Assembly (NCBI GenBank): GCA_030704615.1
Contig: CM060732.1
Coordinates: 10,788,001-10,852,000, forward strand
Length of the DNA: 64,000 nucleotides
Direction of reading: 5' to 3'
DNA from: Takakia lepidozioides
Taxonomy: Eukaryota > Plantae > Bryophyta
Positions 51,835 to 64,000 of this stretch are shown piece after piece. The translations under genes were made by a program, and so were the position numbers. Under the pieces are notes generated by a model. It saw nothing but the letters and a program-made list of their open reading frames with translations. It made no database searches and was not told the DNA's origin. Each line of letters opens with the position of its first letter. The stretch's first letter is position 1.

Positions 51835-52460
51835 ATTTTTTATTGGTTCAAATTTTGGCAGGGGAGTAGTCGTGGGATGCTGGAAGCTGTAGAACAAAAT
51901 TGAGCCAAAAATAAAATCAATACGTGCCAGAAACCCCCACTGAAAGGCAGTGCAAACCTATTTATTGGCTTAGAATGAATTTAAATTCAATTAAATTGTG
52001 GAATGGCTTGATGGGTGAACGCGTCGATGGGGAGACAAATGATTTTTTCGTCTAATGTGTCTCCACACATGTTCCAGCACATGGGGGCAAAAGAGGGGCT
52101 TCAACCACATCCATTCAATGGGTGTAATAGCCGTGTACACATTGCAAGATTTTTTTTTTTCCGCATTGAACAAAAACCAGATGACAAGTGAACGCCTCAT
52201 TGGACAATCGAACGAATTTCGATTGATCTCGTATTACAATGGGACGTATCAGAGGGTACATTGAACACACTGGTCAAGTTTCAAAACGAACGAAAATCAT
52301 TTGGATGGGCAACCATCCGTTGGCCCATTGAACGAATTTCGATTGATCTCATATTACTCTGGGGCCTCTTACATGGCACATTGAACATAGTGGCCAAGTC
52401 TCAAAGCAAACCAAAATCATTTCGATGGCCAACCATTCAATCGCCCATTGAATGAATGGG
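51835..52460. repeat. Inverted copy of the internal hAT repeat, containing the empty Gypsy target site
   Basis: Reverse complement reads TCATTTGTCTCCCCATCGACGCG, joining the flank at 36291-36302 to that at 49089 onward. Confidence 0.88.
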
Positions 52461-52499
52461 GTTTCGTCTTCGATTATACTGGGACCTGTTACATGGTAT

Positions 52500-54090
52500 G
52501 CCCTTTGAAGCTCTTTTTGTAGTGTCTCCTACCTCGTAATGCGGTGCTTCTCCATGTCCACTTTATCCAATATGTTAATATTCTCCACCTGGAACAGATC
52601 CACATATGTGTGTAGAAATCCTTAAAAAAACAAATGACCATCTCAACTTTTATAAGCCTCATCCCCAGCTTCCAGTTTTGATGGTCATTTGTTTTTTTAA
52701 GTTATATACGCATGTGTGGATATGTTCTAGATGGAAGATATTAGCATTGGAAAAATGAGAGGTGGAGAAGCACCTCATTACGAAGCAAGAGACATTACAG
52801 AAGACCTCAGCATGTTGAACATCTGGATAAAGAACCTTGCCCATCGTCGCAAAGTTCTAGCGCTTTCGAAATGATCACATGTTTGTTGGTGGAAGCAGAT
52901 CTTGTAGGCCACATTGATCTCGTACCCATCGAAGACTCCCGTAGGCCACATGAAACGGTTCATGTGATACATTTTCACAAATGCGATGTGATACATTTGT
53001 GAAATGGTATCACATCAACCGGTTAATGTAGCCAATGCACGTCTTCCGCACCATGGCGGAAATGTTCGCCACTTGAAAGCACAAACACAAATAATCCGTG
53101 CAAACAATATCAAGAATCATATGTACTGCAAGGTGTTTCATACTGCCGATGTTCATGTAGCAGAATTATTTAGGAATCGTTTTGCTACTCCCATGCCAAC
53201 AACATCAGGTCCACTGCGACTGCCATATTCCGAATTCCGTATCAGCCACCACGGACATGAAACCAGGAACTGCGCACAAAATCTCCAATTCATTCAATTT
53301 ATGGTGGGCCATGGCTGCAGCCTGCAAGCTGGCCTGGGTGGCTGATATGTCCGTTTGAACATGACAGTCTCAGAGGACGTTGGCATGGGAATAGCAAAAA
53401 GAGTACTACAGAATTCAGCTAGAGGAACAACAATAACATGAAACACCTTACCGTAAATATGATTGTTGACATTGGTTGTGACAACTGCAATCAATAGAGA
53501 ACTCGCACCATCAGTTGCGCTCCAACAGCACTACCGGTCCCCCGAATAAATAAAATTCCGTTGTAAATAATAAATTGCATACGCTCGAACCTCACAAATG
53601 TCATTTCAACAAAACCGGCCGTGTATTGTGGCACTATTTGTAACTGCGAACGTTTCAATGTTTCTGACAGGGTACTGAGAAAATGATATATTGGATCCAT
53701 AGGAGTTGGATAACAAACGTTCCATATCTCATTCAACTGTGTAATACTACCATGAGTGACATGGATAAAAAAGTAATAGGTGTACTTGCGACCTCCGCAC
53801 GTTTAAGTAGAGACCTAGTATCAAACGTTCGGAGGTCGCATGTGCACCTATTACTTTCCGATCCATGCCTCTCATGGTAGTGTCGCACAGTTGAATGAGA
53901 GGAAACGTTTGTTGTCTAACTCCTACGGAACTAATACATCGTTTTCTCATAACCCTATCCAAAACCTTATAACATTACAAATATAAACAGTGAGCCAGTA
54001 CACAAACCATTTATGTTGCGATGACAAGTGCCAGGGTCGAGCATATGCAATGTAATATTTACAATGGGACTTTATTTATTACATGCACGA
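52500..54090. repeat. Chain of diverged long fold-back palindromes, centres ~52660, 52985, 53290, 53815
   Basis: CGTAATG.GGTGCTTCTCCA on opposite strands at ~52535 and ~52780; mirror peptides in ORF pairs 53004+/53494- and 53683+/53962-. Confidence 0.8.
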
Positions 54091-54161
54091 TCAAAATTGA
54101 GTTATGTCTTCATAAAAGAACCATTGTACCGCCAGAAATGTCATATCTACGAGACTATGGT

Positions 54162-55869
54162 TTATTCCGTCCTATATACGTCTTTCGGCTCAGGCCAATT
54201 GAATGGCTTGCCCATGAACCGAAGTACTACATAGGCTAATGTGACTCTCTCATTCTTGTTGTTTTCGTACAACCTTTGTAGCATTGAATGCCAACAACCT
54301 CCCGTAAATTGGTCCTGGAACATACTTTGATCATAATGAACGCCGCCATTTATTCGTACCGCTATCTTCCCAACGGCAAAGGCCTCCGACGTCATGTCCT
54401 AGGGGGGGGGCGTAGCATAACCGATGCAATATCTTTTTCCACCCACCATCTTTTTGCGAGTTCCCGGTCCAGCTTGTCTTGGTTTTCAAATTGGTACGGC
54501 GAGGCTTTGCGTATGCCCAATGGGGTGGCTAAGCCCCAATCACACACCCCAATCTTGATCTCCTCGGTGCCATCTGGAAAATGCAACAAGATGTTGTCGG
54601 GGAACAAGTCGTTGTGCAGGACACCGTTCTTGTTGACAACATCCATGATGTACACCAGTGCCCATGCAAGTTTACTGCGCACTTTCCGGAACGAAGCAAG
54701 CGATCGCATTCCTGGAACTCTGCTTCCGTTCCTCTTTGTTCCAAAATCACCCTGTTGTCCGAATCGTTGCCCCATTTTCTATCAAGGTTCATCATGTCGG
54801 GTATTGTCCCCCCATTCCACTAGTGAGTGTAACCCTCTATCTCACGTGCATTCACAGCAAAATACGAGATAACACCCGGATGCTAGAACTTCACTGCCAA
54901 ACGCTCGTCGTTATGTTGTCTCAACGTCTTTTCTGGATTTTTGGACTTGGGTTTTTTTCCCGCTAGCTCCCAACGTTCCGATATTCTAGAATCGCCAACA
55001 ATCCTACAGTGACGGACCTTAGCATCCCCTCCTTCTTTGTAAGGGCCAATCTCTACCACCTTCGCACTAGAGTTCAGGTAATAAAGACCAGTTGTGCTTC
55101 CCCCGCCCGATGACCCTGCCTTCCAAGGGACAACCCTAGTCCGGCGATGCGATAAAAACTTATGGATACACCTAGTTTTGTTCAACAACTCACAGGTAAC
55201 TTCGCGAAGGAAAACCCAGTCCTCTCGTACTATGGTTGACTTCTCGCAATTCTCTCTTAAACACCAACGGTAGATAGGAACCCATTTGGTAGAAACAGAA
55301 TATTTACTATCTCCACTCCGCACTTGGCTACCCAGCGTCTACCGTGGGCACGATAACTGGTACACTAGAGGTATGTTTTTCCCGGTCCTCTCGTACTAGG
55401 GAAAGGTCCTCTCAATGCTCTAATTTTGACTTGCCGAGCAAGCCCAATACTCAACACGCCGCATTAACTCGGCTTCGGCGGAGGGCACTCGACCCTCGGT
55501 TGTTCTACCCTTCCATGTCTTCATTAGCTGCCTCAAATTCCACGTGACGTCTTTCGCCCTGCTTTGGATCCACTGATTGAACTTCGGCTTGTCCTTGTCC
55601 GCCGTCCACTTAGCCCCCGCCAGTGCGTTTGTCATTTCCCTCTCCATATTTTGCTGGAAAATCTGAAACCCCTCCTATCCATGCCTAATATAAGCACTCT
55701 CCAGCCTCATCATGTCCCTACCCTTGAAATAATCCGCTACCACTTCTTTCACCCTATCCAAGGCATCCGGTCCCGGGTAGTCTGGCTTGTTGACCTGACT
55801 ATCCCGCTCGTGGGCACGTTTTCTCTTCCTCGATCCCGCCCCAGAACTTGAATTCACAACCCCCGACAT
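54162..55869 (-). pseudogene. Protein kinase gene (hAT cargo) with premature stops and frameshifts
   Basis: EGGDAKV G-loop, LAGKKPK, HPGVI, WNGGT, LHNDLFPDNILLHF catalytic loop, GVCDWG. Confidence 0.85.
55312..55423 (-). pseudogene. rrn23: Plastid-type 23S rRNA fragment spanning the sarcin-ricin loop
   Basis: TTAGAGCATTGAGAGGACCTTTCCCTAGTACGAGAGGACCGGG...GTGTACCAGTTATCGTGCCCACGGTAGACGCTGGGTAGCCAAGTGCGGAG matches recalled chloroplast 23S domain VI. Confidence 0.88.
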
Positions 55870-56416
55870 TGTATAAACCTTTGCCCACTACAGGGTCCAA
55901 AACCTCAGAAAAATGACAATGAACGCGTGTGGATGGTGTCTTCGTAGTTTTCTGCAAAAAAACAGGCCGCCGGAGATCCGGAAATGGCAAAATGGTGATA
56001 CGATGATTGTACCGTGAACAAGTTTGTGGGACGGACCAATAGAAAACCGACAAATAATCACCTTTGCACCTCCCGTTGGCAGTGCCAAGCAACAAAGTCC
56101 GAAAGGACTACAGGATGCCAAGGAACCACACCACAAGAGGGGCAAAAGTGATCAAAAAAGGAGGGGGGAATGGTTTATATAGGCGCCCACCCCCAAAAAA
56201 AAAATGGCATTATGCTTGAAAAGGCGCGATTGGCCAGTCGCACCTCGCCACACGCACCCACATGGGAAAGGTCAAGGGTTCAAAACCACCTCCCCCCATC
56301 CCATTTGTTTCGTTTTTCCTGACCCGTGGCTGGCCGAGGCGCTGCTTCATGATTAAAAATAAAAAACAAAACGCCACACGGCGGGTCCCTGGATTTCTAA
56401 GGGAAAAAAAAACACG

Positions 56417-56812
56417 CGACCGCTTATTTTAAAATGTAATAAAATACAAGCGACCGCCAATATGGGTGGTCGCTTCATTTATAAATAAATAAATTACGGG
56501 CGACTGCCAATTTCGGCGGTCGTTTTTTTTTTTAAAAAAAAAATTGCGGGCGACCACCAATATGGGAGGTTGCTTCATTTAAAAATAAGGGCGACCGCCA
56601 ATTTTGGCGGTCGCTTCATTTAAAAATAAATAAATTACGGGCGACCGCCAATTTCGGCGATCGTTTTATTTAAAAATAAATAAATTATGGACGACCGCCA
56701 ATATGGGCGGTCGTTTCATTTATAAATAAATAAATTACCGGCGATCGCCAATACTGGCGGTCGCTTAATTTAACAAAATCTTAAATTACAAGCGACCGCC
56801 AATATAGGCGAA
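56417..56812. repeat. Right subterminal GCGACCGCC-N6-GGCGGTCGC array
   Basis: ~8 copies at ~55 bp spacing in A-rich DNA. Confidence 0.9.
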
Positions 56813-57479
56813 CTGATTTTTTAAAAACAATTAAGAAATATTTATAATTGGCCACGTCTGTTTTACACCGTGGCTGCCATGTCATTAGAAATGGTAGAAG
56901 TAAATCGTAAAAATCAAATATAAAAAAAATTACGTGGGTAAACGTCCGGATTCGACGTGACATGACGGCCGACGTGTCAGCGCCACGTCACGTCAGGAAT
57001 GATAACTAGGGTTGAAATACCCACACCCAGACCCAACCTATAGGCCACATTGGCTTACCACCAGTCCACAGCCCTCTTGTGTAGTTTTACACACATACAC
57101 AAAAATGCTAGAAAAAATAAAAACATACAAATGAATGAATCCCATAACACCATGGAACCGACAATTTTTAAGATGGCATGACCGGTAGATTGAGAACCGG
57201 ACAAAAAAATTTAGGTGTTTAATGAGAACCTACAATCGAGATGTTTTTCAAACCTATTGATATACCCTGCCCCGGCCATCCATTTTTTCAAAGAGTGGGG
57301 CATAACCGGGACCGGAAGAGGGCTCAAAACACGGTACCCGACCAACACTGGTTTTTACTGAAGCTCGGTGCTTGCCCTTATATGCTCAGGTGCCAGCCAT
57401 TGCACGTTGAGGTGCTTGCCATTACACGCTCAGGGCTTGTTTATCAAAACCAAGACTAGAAGAAAAATTGACCGAGCTC

Positions 57480-58320
57480 TCATGGGAAATGTTTTCCTCA
57501 TTTGGATGCTTCTTTCTGTTACCTTAGGAAATTGTGCAATGTTCAAGTCCAGAGTGAGGCATTTGTTTGCAGATAATGAACCGCCAAAAGGGTTTAGTTT
57601 CCTTCCAATTTGTGTGTCATTGCAAAGAGAAAGAGACATCTACCTCGGCTGTGGTGGAAAGAACCTAGACAATACACGCATTGGGATCATGTAGAAAGAA
57701 ACGTATGACTACACCTGAGATGAGAGACAAGAAATGTTTAATGTTTTATAGAATGAGCTATGAAGCTTTCAACAACTTAGTGGTAGAATTGACACCTTTC
57801 TTGCAATCTCGATGTCTTTAATCCTGTAAGGCCACAATTAGAGATCAGAAAAAATGTGGCCATTATTCTATGTAGGTTTGCTCATGGGTATAGTGCAACA
57901 TATATGGCAGATCGTTTCAATGTGGGTGCATTAACCATACGAAAGTATGTTGATATAATTGTTTGTGACATTCTAACTGATGCCAATAAATTATTCAGCA
58001 AGTATATTAGTATCCCTTCAGGTGACCGTTTCAACGAGATTATAAACCGTTTCCAGGAGCTAACAGGACTACCGAATATTTGTGGAGCAATTGATGGCAG
58101 TCACATTCCACTAGCTGAGCTTCCCAATAAAAGAGTCACACTTGCAGTCAGTGATTTTTACAATAGGAAAAAATTCCACAGTATTGTGCTGTAAGGCGTT
58201 TGTGATGCAGACAAGAGATTTTGGAATGTGTGTGTGGGCCAACTAGGAGGGGTTCATGATGGAGGACAGTTCAAGATGTCGAGCCTGTATAGACAATTGA
58301 GGGCTTGTGAGATTCTTACC
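57480..58320 (+). mobile_element. Second PIF/Harbinger nuclease remnant (N-terminal part)
   Basis: RMSYEAFNNLVVELTPFL, LPNICGAIDGSHIP, DFYNRKKFHSIVL, GGVHDGGQF. Confidence 0.88.
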
Positions 58321-58759
58321 CTAAATACCTCGTGTAGTACTTACAATAACTCTGCAACTTTTGTGCCGCATCCTGTTCCTTCTTCAAATTTGTAGGTGCG
58401 TGCTTTGGCCCAGAACAGAAGTGAGGGTGGCAGACATGAGAGTATGGCTTTGCGGCCCAGTGGATATGGCGATATTGCTTCAACAATGGACAAAGACATG
58501 TTTATACTGGTAGTTGTCAAATGGCAAAGATTTGCAGTCTGCCAAAGAGACCTGTGATTCGTTTCTATCAACAACCAGTGGGTTCCTACTGAGAGAAATG
58601 GTGAGCTTGGCAATAACTCTCAGCTGAAACAAAGTAGATTGTAACTGTGTGTTAGTCTTGGAGGCATGAAATGCACTCCGTACTTGATTGGAGGACAACT
58701 TAATGCATGTTTCCCTACGTACATGCTGGTCGGTAAGGATAAATGTTGTAGCAGTCATC

Positions 58760-61700
58760 TGTCATGGTTTAGGTCATGGTTATCTAGAATTACCTACTTC
58801 TAGTTAACTATGATATTTTAGATATTTATATTTATATTTTGTGTGTTGGGACTTCATTTGGTCTCACATGCCAAGTGAGGTGTTGAGCCTCACTTGGGAC
58901 ATGCGGATAGGTTTTCCCCTTGTGAGGATGGAGAAGGCTCATCTTCTTGTACTTGAGCCTCCATGAGCCTCTCTCACCTCCATAGCTCTAGGTATTGAGA
59001 GGGAGTGTGGTGAGTGCTTTGTAGGGTGGATTCCCTTAGCAAGGGTGCCCTTGGCTTGACTTAGTTAATGTGATTGAGTAGATTCATGAGTGGAGGGTTT
59101 CCATTATGTTCACTTTCATTATCACTACAAGAAGATGACCTTATGCTTCTGAGTGCGGAGTGTAAGGATTAGTTTAGCACTTGTGTTGGTATACACCAAG
59201 GAGTGAGAGAGCTAGGAAAAGCTCAGGTATCTCACAAGGCTTGTAAGGTGTTGCAAGAGAGAGTGTGTTTGCATTGCATCAAGGAGGTGGAGAGCTCAAG
59301 GAGAGAACTCTTGAGTTACAAGACTTTGCAAGTATTGCAGGGAGAAAGTCTTGTGTGTGTGGAAGCAAAAGGTTTGAAAGTTTGAGAAGAAGGAGCGTCA
59401 TCTTTTGTATCTCAAGTGTTGTGACAACCATTTGCCAAGGAAGTGGCTTCTATGGTGAAAAGAATGCATTGAGGGTTTGTAGAAGCATTATTGTGCACCA
59501 AGGGTTTGAGAGCTTGGAAAAGAGCTATTGCATCACAAGAGAAGCGTCTTGTGTGTGGAGAAGATAGACACTAGGGTTTCAAGAGCAAGCTCTAGTTGTT
59601 CATAGTGTGAAAGAGAAGCCAAAGAGCGGCACATGCTTGGGTTAGAAACACCATAGAAGGAGTACAACAAGGATAGTTTGAGGAACATTGAGTAGTTCAA
59701 GAGAAGCTAAGAAATGATTGTTTTATCCATGGTGAAATGAAGCCAAGTGGGGTTTCATTTGGTTGACAAACAAGCAAGCTAAGGCGCTAGAAGGGAGTGC
59801 TTTTGCTAGTTCTATGAGTTCTTGGATTGCTCTTGGAAAAGCAAGTGGTTGACCAAGCAAGTGGCGCATGTGTGGAGCATGCTTTCCAAGTGCGGCTTCC
59901 AACTTCAAGCTTGAGGAGAGCTAGAAGGTGAAGGGAACGAGTTCATTCCTTTGTGTATGAGGTGATGCTTATGTGAAGCATGTTTTCAGCCCATTGAGGC
60001 TTCTATTTTCAAGCCTTGGAGAGCAAGAAGAAAGGAAAAGAGCTGGTTTCCACTTAGGTGAAAGAAAAGCACTTGTAGAGCACATGTTTGAGTTGGGGTT
60101 TCAACCTTAAGCTTGAGGAGAGCACGACTCTTGAGCTAGCAAGTGAAGGGGACTTAAATCTTTCTCTTTGCATGAGATGGAGATGTATTGATGCTTGGAG
60201 AAGCAACACATAGAAGCCAAGAATGGAGCATGTGTGTGGATGGCCAAAGAAGAGCACATGAATGAGTGCAAGACTTAGTTGCTTGTCAAATGAGGTAAAC
60301 AGCTTGATTCTTGAGCTCCAAAGAGAAGTGAAGCTTGTTGTGTGGCAAATGCATTGCTAGGTGAAATGGAATCAAGCTTGGTTGTGGCTTGAGGTGAAGA
60401 AGATCAAGGTAGTTTGCCTTGGTATCTCATAGAAGTCATGGATGCTTGAGGAGAGCAAGCATGAAGCTCAAGGAAGCCCAAACCCTAGCTTGGAATGCAC
60501 AAACCTTAGCATGGGATGCACAAACCCTAGCATGAGATGCACATGAAACCCTAGGTTCATGGGAACAGTCACCAAAGTGTGGGAACGGTCACCAAGGTGT
60601 GGGAACGGTCACTATAGGCTGGGAACATAGTGACATATAAAGACAATATAGGGCTTTTGGAGGATTTTCAAGGGCCTTTTGAAGAATTGTTTGGGGGATC
60701 TTTGGGGTCATTTGAGGAGCTTTTGGAAGACACGCTGAGGAGCTTTTGTAAGGCACTTTGAAGAGCTCTTGAAGAGGTATTTGGATGACTGTTTGGAGGA
60801 CTATTTGCGGTCCTTGAAGGCCAAATTTTGGCAAGTTTTTGGAGCCTTTGGAAGGCTATGTGGAGGACCATTCGGGGTCTTTGAAGGCCAATATTTGGCA
60901 AGTTTTTGGAGCCTTTGGAGGGCTGTTTGGGGTCCTTGGAGGCCGATATTTGGCGAGCTTGAGGAGTCTTTGGCGACTTGTTGAAGGACTATTTGGGGTC
61001 CTTGAGGGCCAAGATTTGGCAGGCTCTTGGGGCCTTGGTGTACTGTTTGGAGTACCATTGTCCAAGCTTTGGGAGTCTTAGTGAGATTGTTTGAGAGACA
61101 TCTTGAGGGCTCTTAGAGAGTTATTTGAGAGATCCTTGAAGGGTCTTGTCTATTGCTTAAGCAAGAGAGTGTGGAGATAGGGTAGTGGGATGAGAGCATG
61201 TTGTGATAGGAATTGCATTAGTCTCTCTTCCTTGTAGTCTTCCACCCTCTCTGTAGGCCAAAACCTTTTTGTAGGTGGAGGCAAGAGTCGGTCCGGGTTT
61301 GGACTGGGGTGTCTTGCAAGAGCGACACTGTGGAGTGTTTTTGGTGTGGGGGAGTTACTATTTTGATTTTCTTGTGCTTGGATTCCCTCCACACCTGCAT
61401 GCTTGACTGTGCGCCATGTTAGTTTTGTGTGGGCGCTTGTTTTCATATTAGGAGGTTGGTCCGGATTTGATCACCGGTCAATCCTAGAGCGTGCTGTCGG
61501 TGGTGAGGCTGGGGTGATGACTAGTCAGACCATCATTGTTTTCTTATGGTGAGGCTGGGTTGATGACCAGCAGACCATAGGAGTGCTTGCGGTGGATGCA
61601 GGTGCAGGTGCAGGTTTATGTTATGAACTTAATAAGCTACAACAGGTTCTCTACCCGGTTACCTTGTGGAAAGAGGGATTAGAGACAAGTTTACAACAGG

Positions 61701-64000
61701 TGTGGTTGTGAATTTTCATCACGGAGGTGCCACCAGTTGCTGAGGGGAGTGCCGGTACAAGCACCAGCAATACTAGTGGGTACACAAGACGAGGTGTGCG
61801 GTTTAGGCCATCTTCACCTTAAGTGTTTTCTGAGGAAGGTTCAGACTCGGAGTCAGGAGGATTCTTGCCGAGGGTGCAAGTCATTTCCGTGCCATTGTTG
61901 TGGGACATGATGGAGGAGATGTATGGAGCTACCAAGGGGCCACATAGGTACTCTAGAGCTGTGGGCACCATCGAGCTTGATGACTTCATACAAGAGTTTG
62001 ACAGTTGGTGTGATTTGCAGCAAATGCGCAATCCATAACTTTATAGCGTGGAAGGGGCTATTCCAGCACCTTGAGGGGCCGCCCATGGATGATTACCATG
62101 AATTTAGGCGGGGACATGCGGTGGAGATTAAGAGATGGCGAGAGTATTGGTCACCTAACTATGTCTCCATCACTAGAGGCACAAGGGCAACGGCGACACC
62201 AACATCTACATAAAATCTCCAACTACAAGCACTAGTAGTGGGATGAGTGGTACATGAGCTAGGAATTCCACTCAAGCTCCTACTGCAGCACCAGCACCCG
62301 TGCCTGCCTTTAACCCAGTTGTGGAGTTCTTCGAGGAGTTGAGGAGAAACTACCAAGGGATAAGGACAGAAAAGTTGCGGAGCTTGCAAGAGTTCCAACG
62401 AAGGTCTACTGAGAGTTTGAGGGAGGCTTACACCCGCATGAGGCGCTTGATAAACGTAACTCAAGGGGTTACAGAAGCTCAGGCAGTCCAGTTCTGGTAT
62501 GGGATCCTGGACAAGGAGCTGAGGAGAAGGGTGCGGGATGCAACTCTCCTACAAGTGGACCCACCCACCTTAGCAAATGTGTTTTTGCTGGCAGAGCGGA
62601 TAGAGCTCAATATGGTGGAGGATCGAGTGGTTATGGTGGGATTTGGACAGGAGACACAACGAAGTGGGGCTCCTAGCCAACAACAACCACTATCCCAACG
62701 TGTTCAAGGCAACAAGGGGGCTCAGGTGAAGCCGAGGGAAGGATAGAGAGGATCTCAGATGCAGAGGTCTCTTCCTTCATTCTCAGGCCAACAACAGTCA
62801 GGTGTGACTTGTTGGGATTGTGGAGGACCCCGTCAAAAAGGATTGTCCGGAGAGAGGCAAAGGGCCGGCACAGACACAGCTAACATAACTACAGTGTGGG
62901 CATTGTGGATGGGCATGAGGAGGCCCATTGTTATGGCTTGCATCCTGAGCTACAGCCAAGCCAGTTCCAAGGGAACAATGGTGGCCGAGGACGAGGCAAT
63001 GTAGTCCAGAGAGGTAGAGGAGGTAGAGGGCGGTGTCGCGGCCCTTTGCCTTGAGGGAAGGGGGTCGGGACACAAGAGGGGCTGCCCCTGTGGTGGGGGC
63101 AGTGGCGACAATAGATGCGGGGGCTGAAGCACCCTTGAGTGCCCAAGGCACTCAAGGAGGCAGAGGCGCTCACTAGGTGGAGCCCCGCACACCGGGTTGC
63201 GGTGGGGGTGGTTCCACGAGGAGTGGTGGTAGCTTAGTGGGTCTTAGTGGGGGTGGCATAGGACTCACCATGGGGCGGAAAACTTGTGGTGGGAGTCGTG
63301 GGGAGTCTTGGGACTCATCATGGCCCAATGGGGCCGTGGTGGGTGGGCCAAGACTCACCGCGACTCGTCACCGGGAGTCGAGGGTTTTCGTGGTGGTTCG
63401 CCATAAAATGGCAAGGTTGTTTGTAAAACCCCCGCGGACAGTCACAGAAGTATATATAGGGAGTAGTAACCCCGAGAATGGTGCAAGCCCGTTGGTGACC
63501 AAAAGCTAGTGAGTAAGCGTGCGAATCGGAGAGCGACCAAGGTGTGGGGAGCTGTTCCGGACTGCCATCGACCAAAGGGAATTTCCACTTGGCCCAAAAT
63601 TGAGAGAGGGTTCGGATGGAGGATAAAGGGGGACCGTTATGTCCAGTGAGCGCCGACGGAAACTCCGAGTGAAACCGGGCGGCCAGTTTGGGAGTTAGGC
63701 ACGACCGCATCAAAGCGAGTAACATGACTTGAAGGGGAGCTTACAAAATGACGGTGAGCGACAGTCGGGGTGGAGGTCGTAACCAAAACCAGGAGACCAG
63801 GTCAGGATCAAGGTTGTCATGGTTTTAGTCATGGTTATCTAGAATTACCTACTTCTAGTTAACTAGGACATTTTAGATATTTATATTTATATTTTGTGTG
63901 TTGGGACTTCATTTGGTCTCACATGCCAAGTGAGGTGTCGAGCCTCACTTGAGACATGGAGATAGGGTTTCCCCTTGTGAGTGTTGAGGAGGCTCATCTT
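58760..64000 (+). mobile_element. LTR retroelement with ~2.9-kb LTR (58760 to ~61644), gag-only interior, second LTR from 63815 running off the window
   Basis: TGTCATGGTTT...ATCTAGAATTACCTACTTC at 58760 and 63815; first LTR end (CTACAACA) tentative; internal tandem repeats at 60480-61140. Confidence 0.8.
61900..63050 (+). pseudogene. Retrotransposon gag remnant
   Basis: LDDFIQEFDSWC, LQEFQRRSTESLREAYTRMRRL, and CWDCGG / CGHCG zinc-knuckle starts. Confidence 0.75.

Larger units (their letters stand above)
28083..57010 (+). mobile_element. Giant hAT transposon, 28.9 kb (~16.1 kb without the nested Gypsy), carrying cargo genes
   Basis: TSD GTTGAAAT at 28075-28082 and 57011-57018; ends CCCGGTTATCA / TGATAACTAGG (9 of 11 inverted match); TGACG/ACGT-rich tips and the same palindrome arrays near both ends; hAT transposase inside. 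Confidence 0.82.

Noticed and set aside
54810-54890. Premature stops rescued by U-to-C editing
   Set aside because: Reverse editing is organellar; one stop is TGG>TAG type and frameshifts coexist, so mutational decay is simpler.
58320-58759. Possible displaced TFIIIA finger 1-2 exons
   Set aside because: No C2H2 pattern found in the minus-strand frames.

Overview
Plant nuclear DNA, probably from a bryophyte-grade land plant (inferred from the 5S sequence type and PLS/DYW PPRs), rich in transposons. 1-7.6 kb: a palindromic tandem array, two decayed PPR copies (one with a DYW domain) and a stray PAL exon fragment. 7.7-10.5 kb: a Harbinger remnant (nuclease, Myb/SANT, SET-like piece) interrupted by an RLE-type LINE. 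12.3-21 kb: an intact peroxisomal 2,4-dienoyl-CoA reductase gene with two alternative PTS1-ending last exons and several copies of one LINE family. 22.3-25.4 kb: a damaged or truncated TFIIIA gene with a nearly intact, sense-oriented 5S rRNA copy inside a candidate poison exon. 28083-57010: one giant hAT element (11-bp imperfect TIRs, 8-bp TSD GTTGAAAT). It carries a transposase, an unknown ORF, a RING-H2 gene, a kinase gene containing a plastid 23S sarcin-ricin-loop fragment, hairpin arrays and a nested 12.8-kb Gypsy element. After 57 kb: a second Harbinger nuclease remnant and a gag-only LTR element. All calls are by eye; no searches were run.
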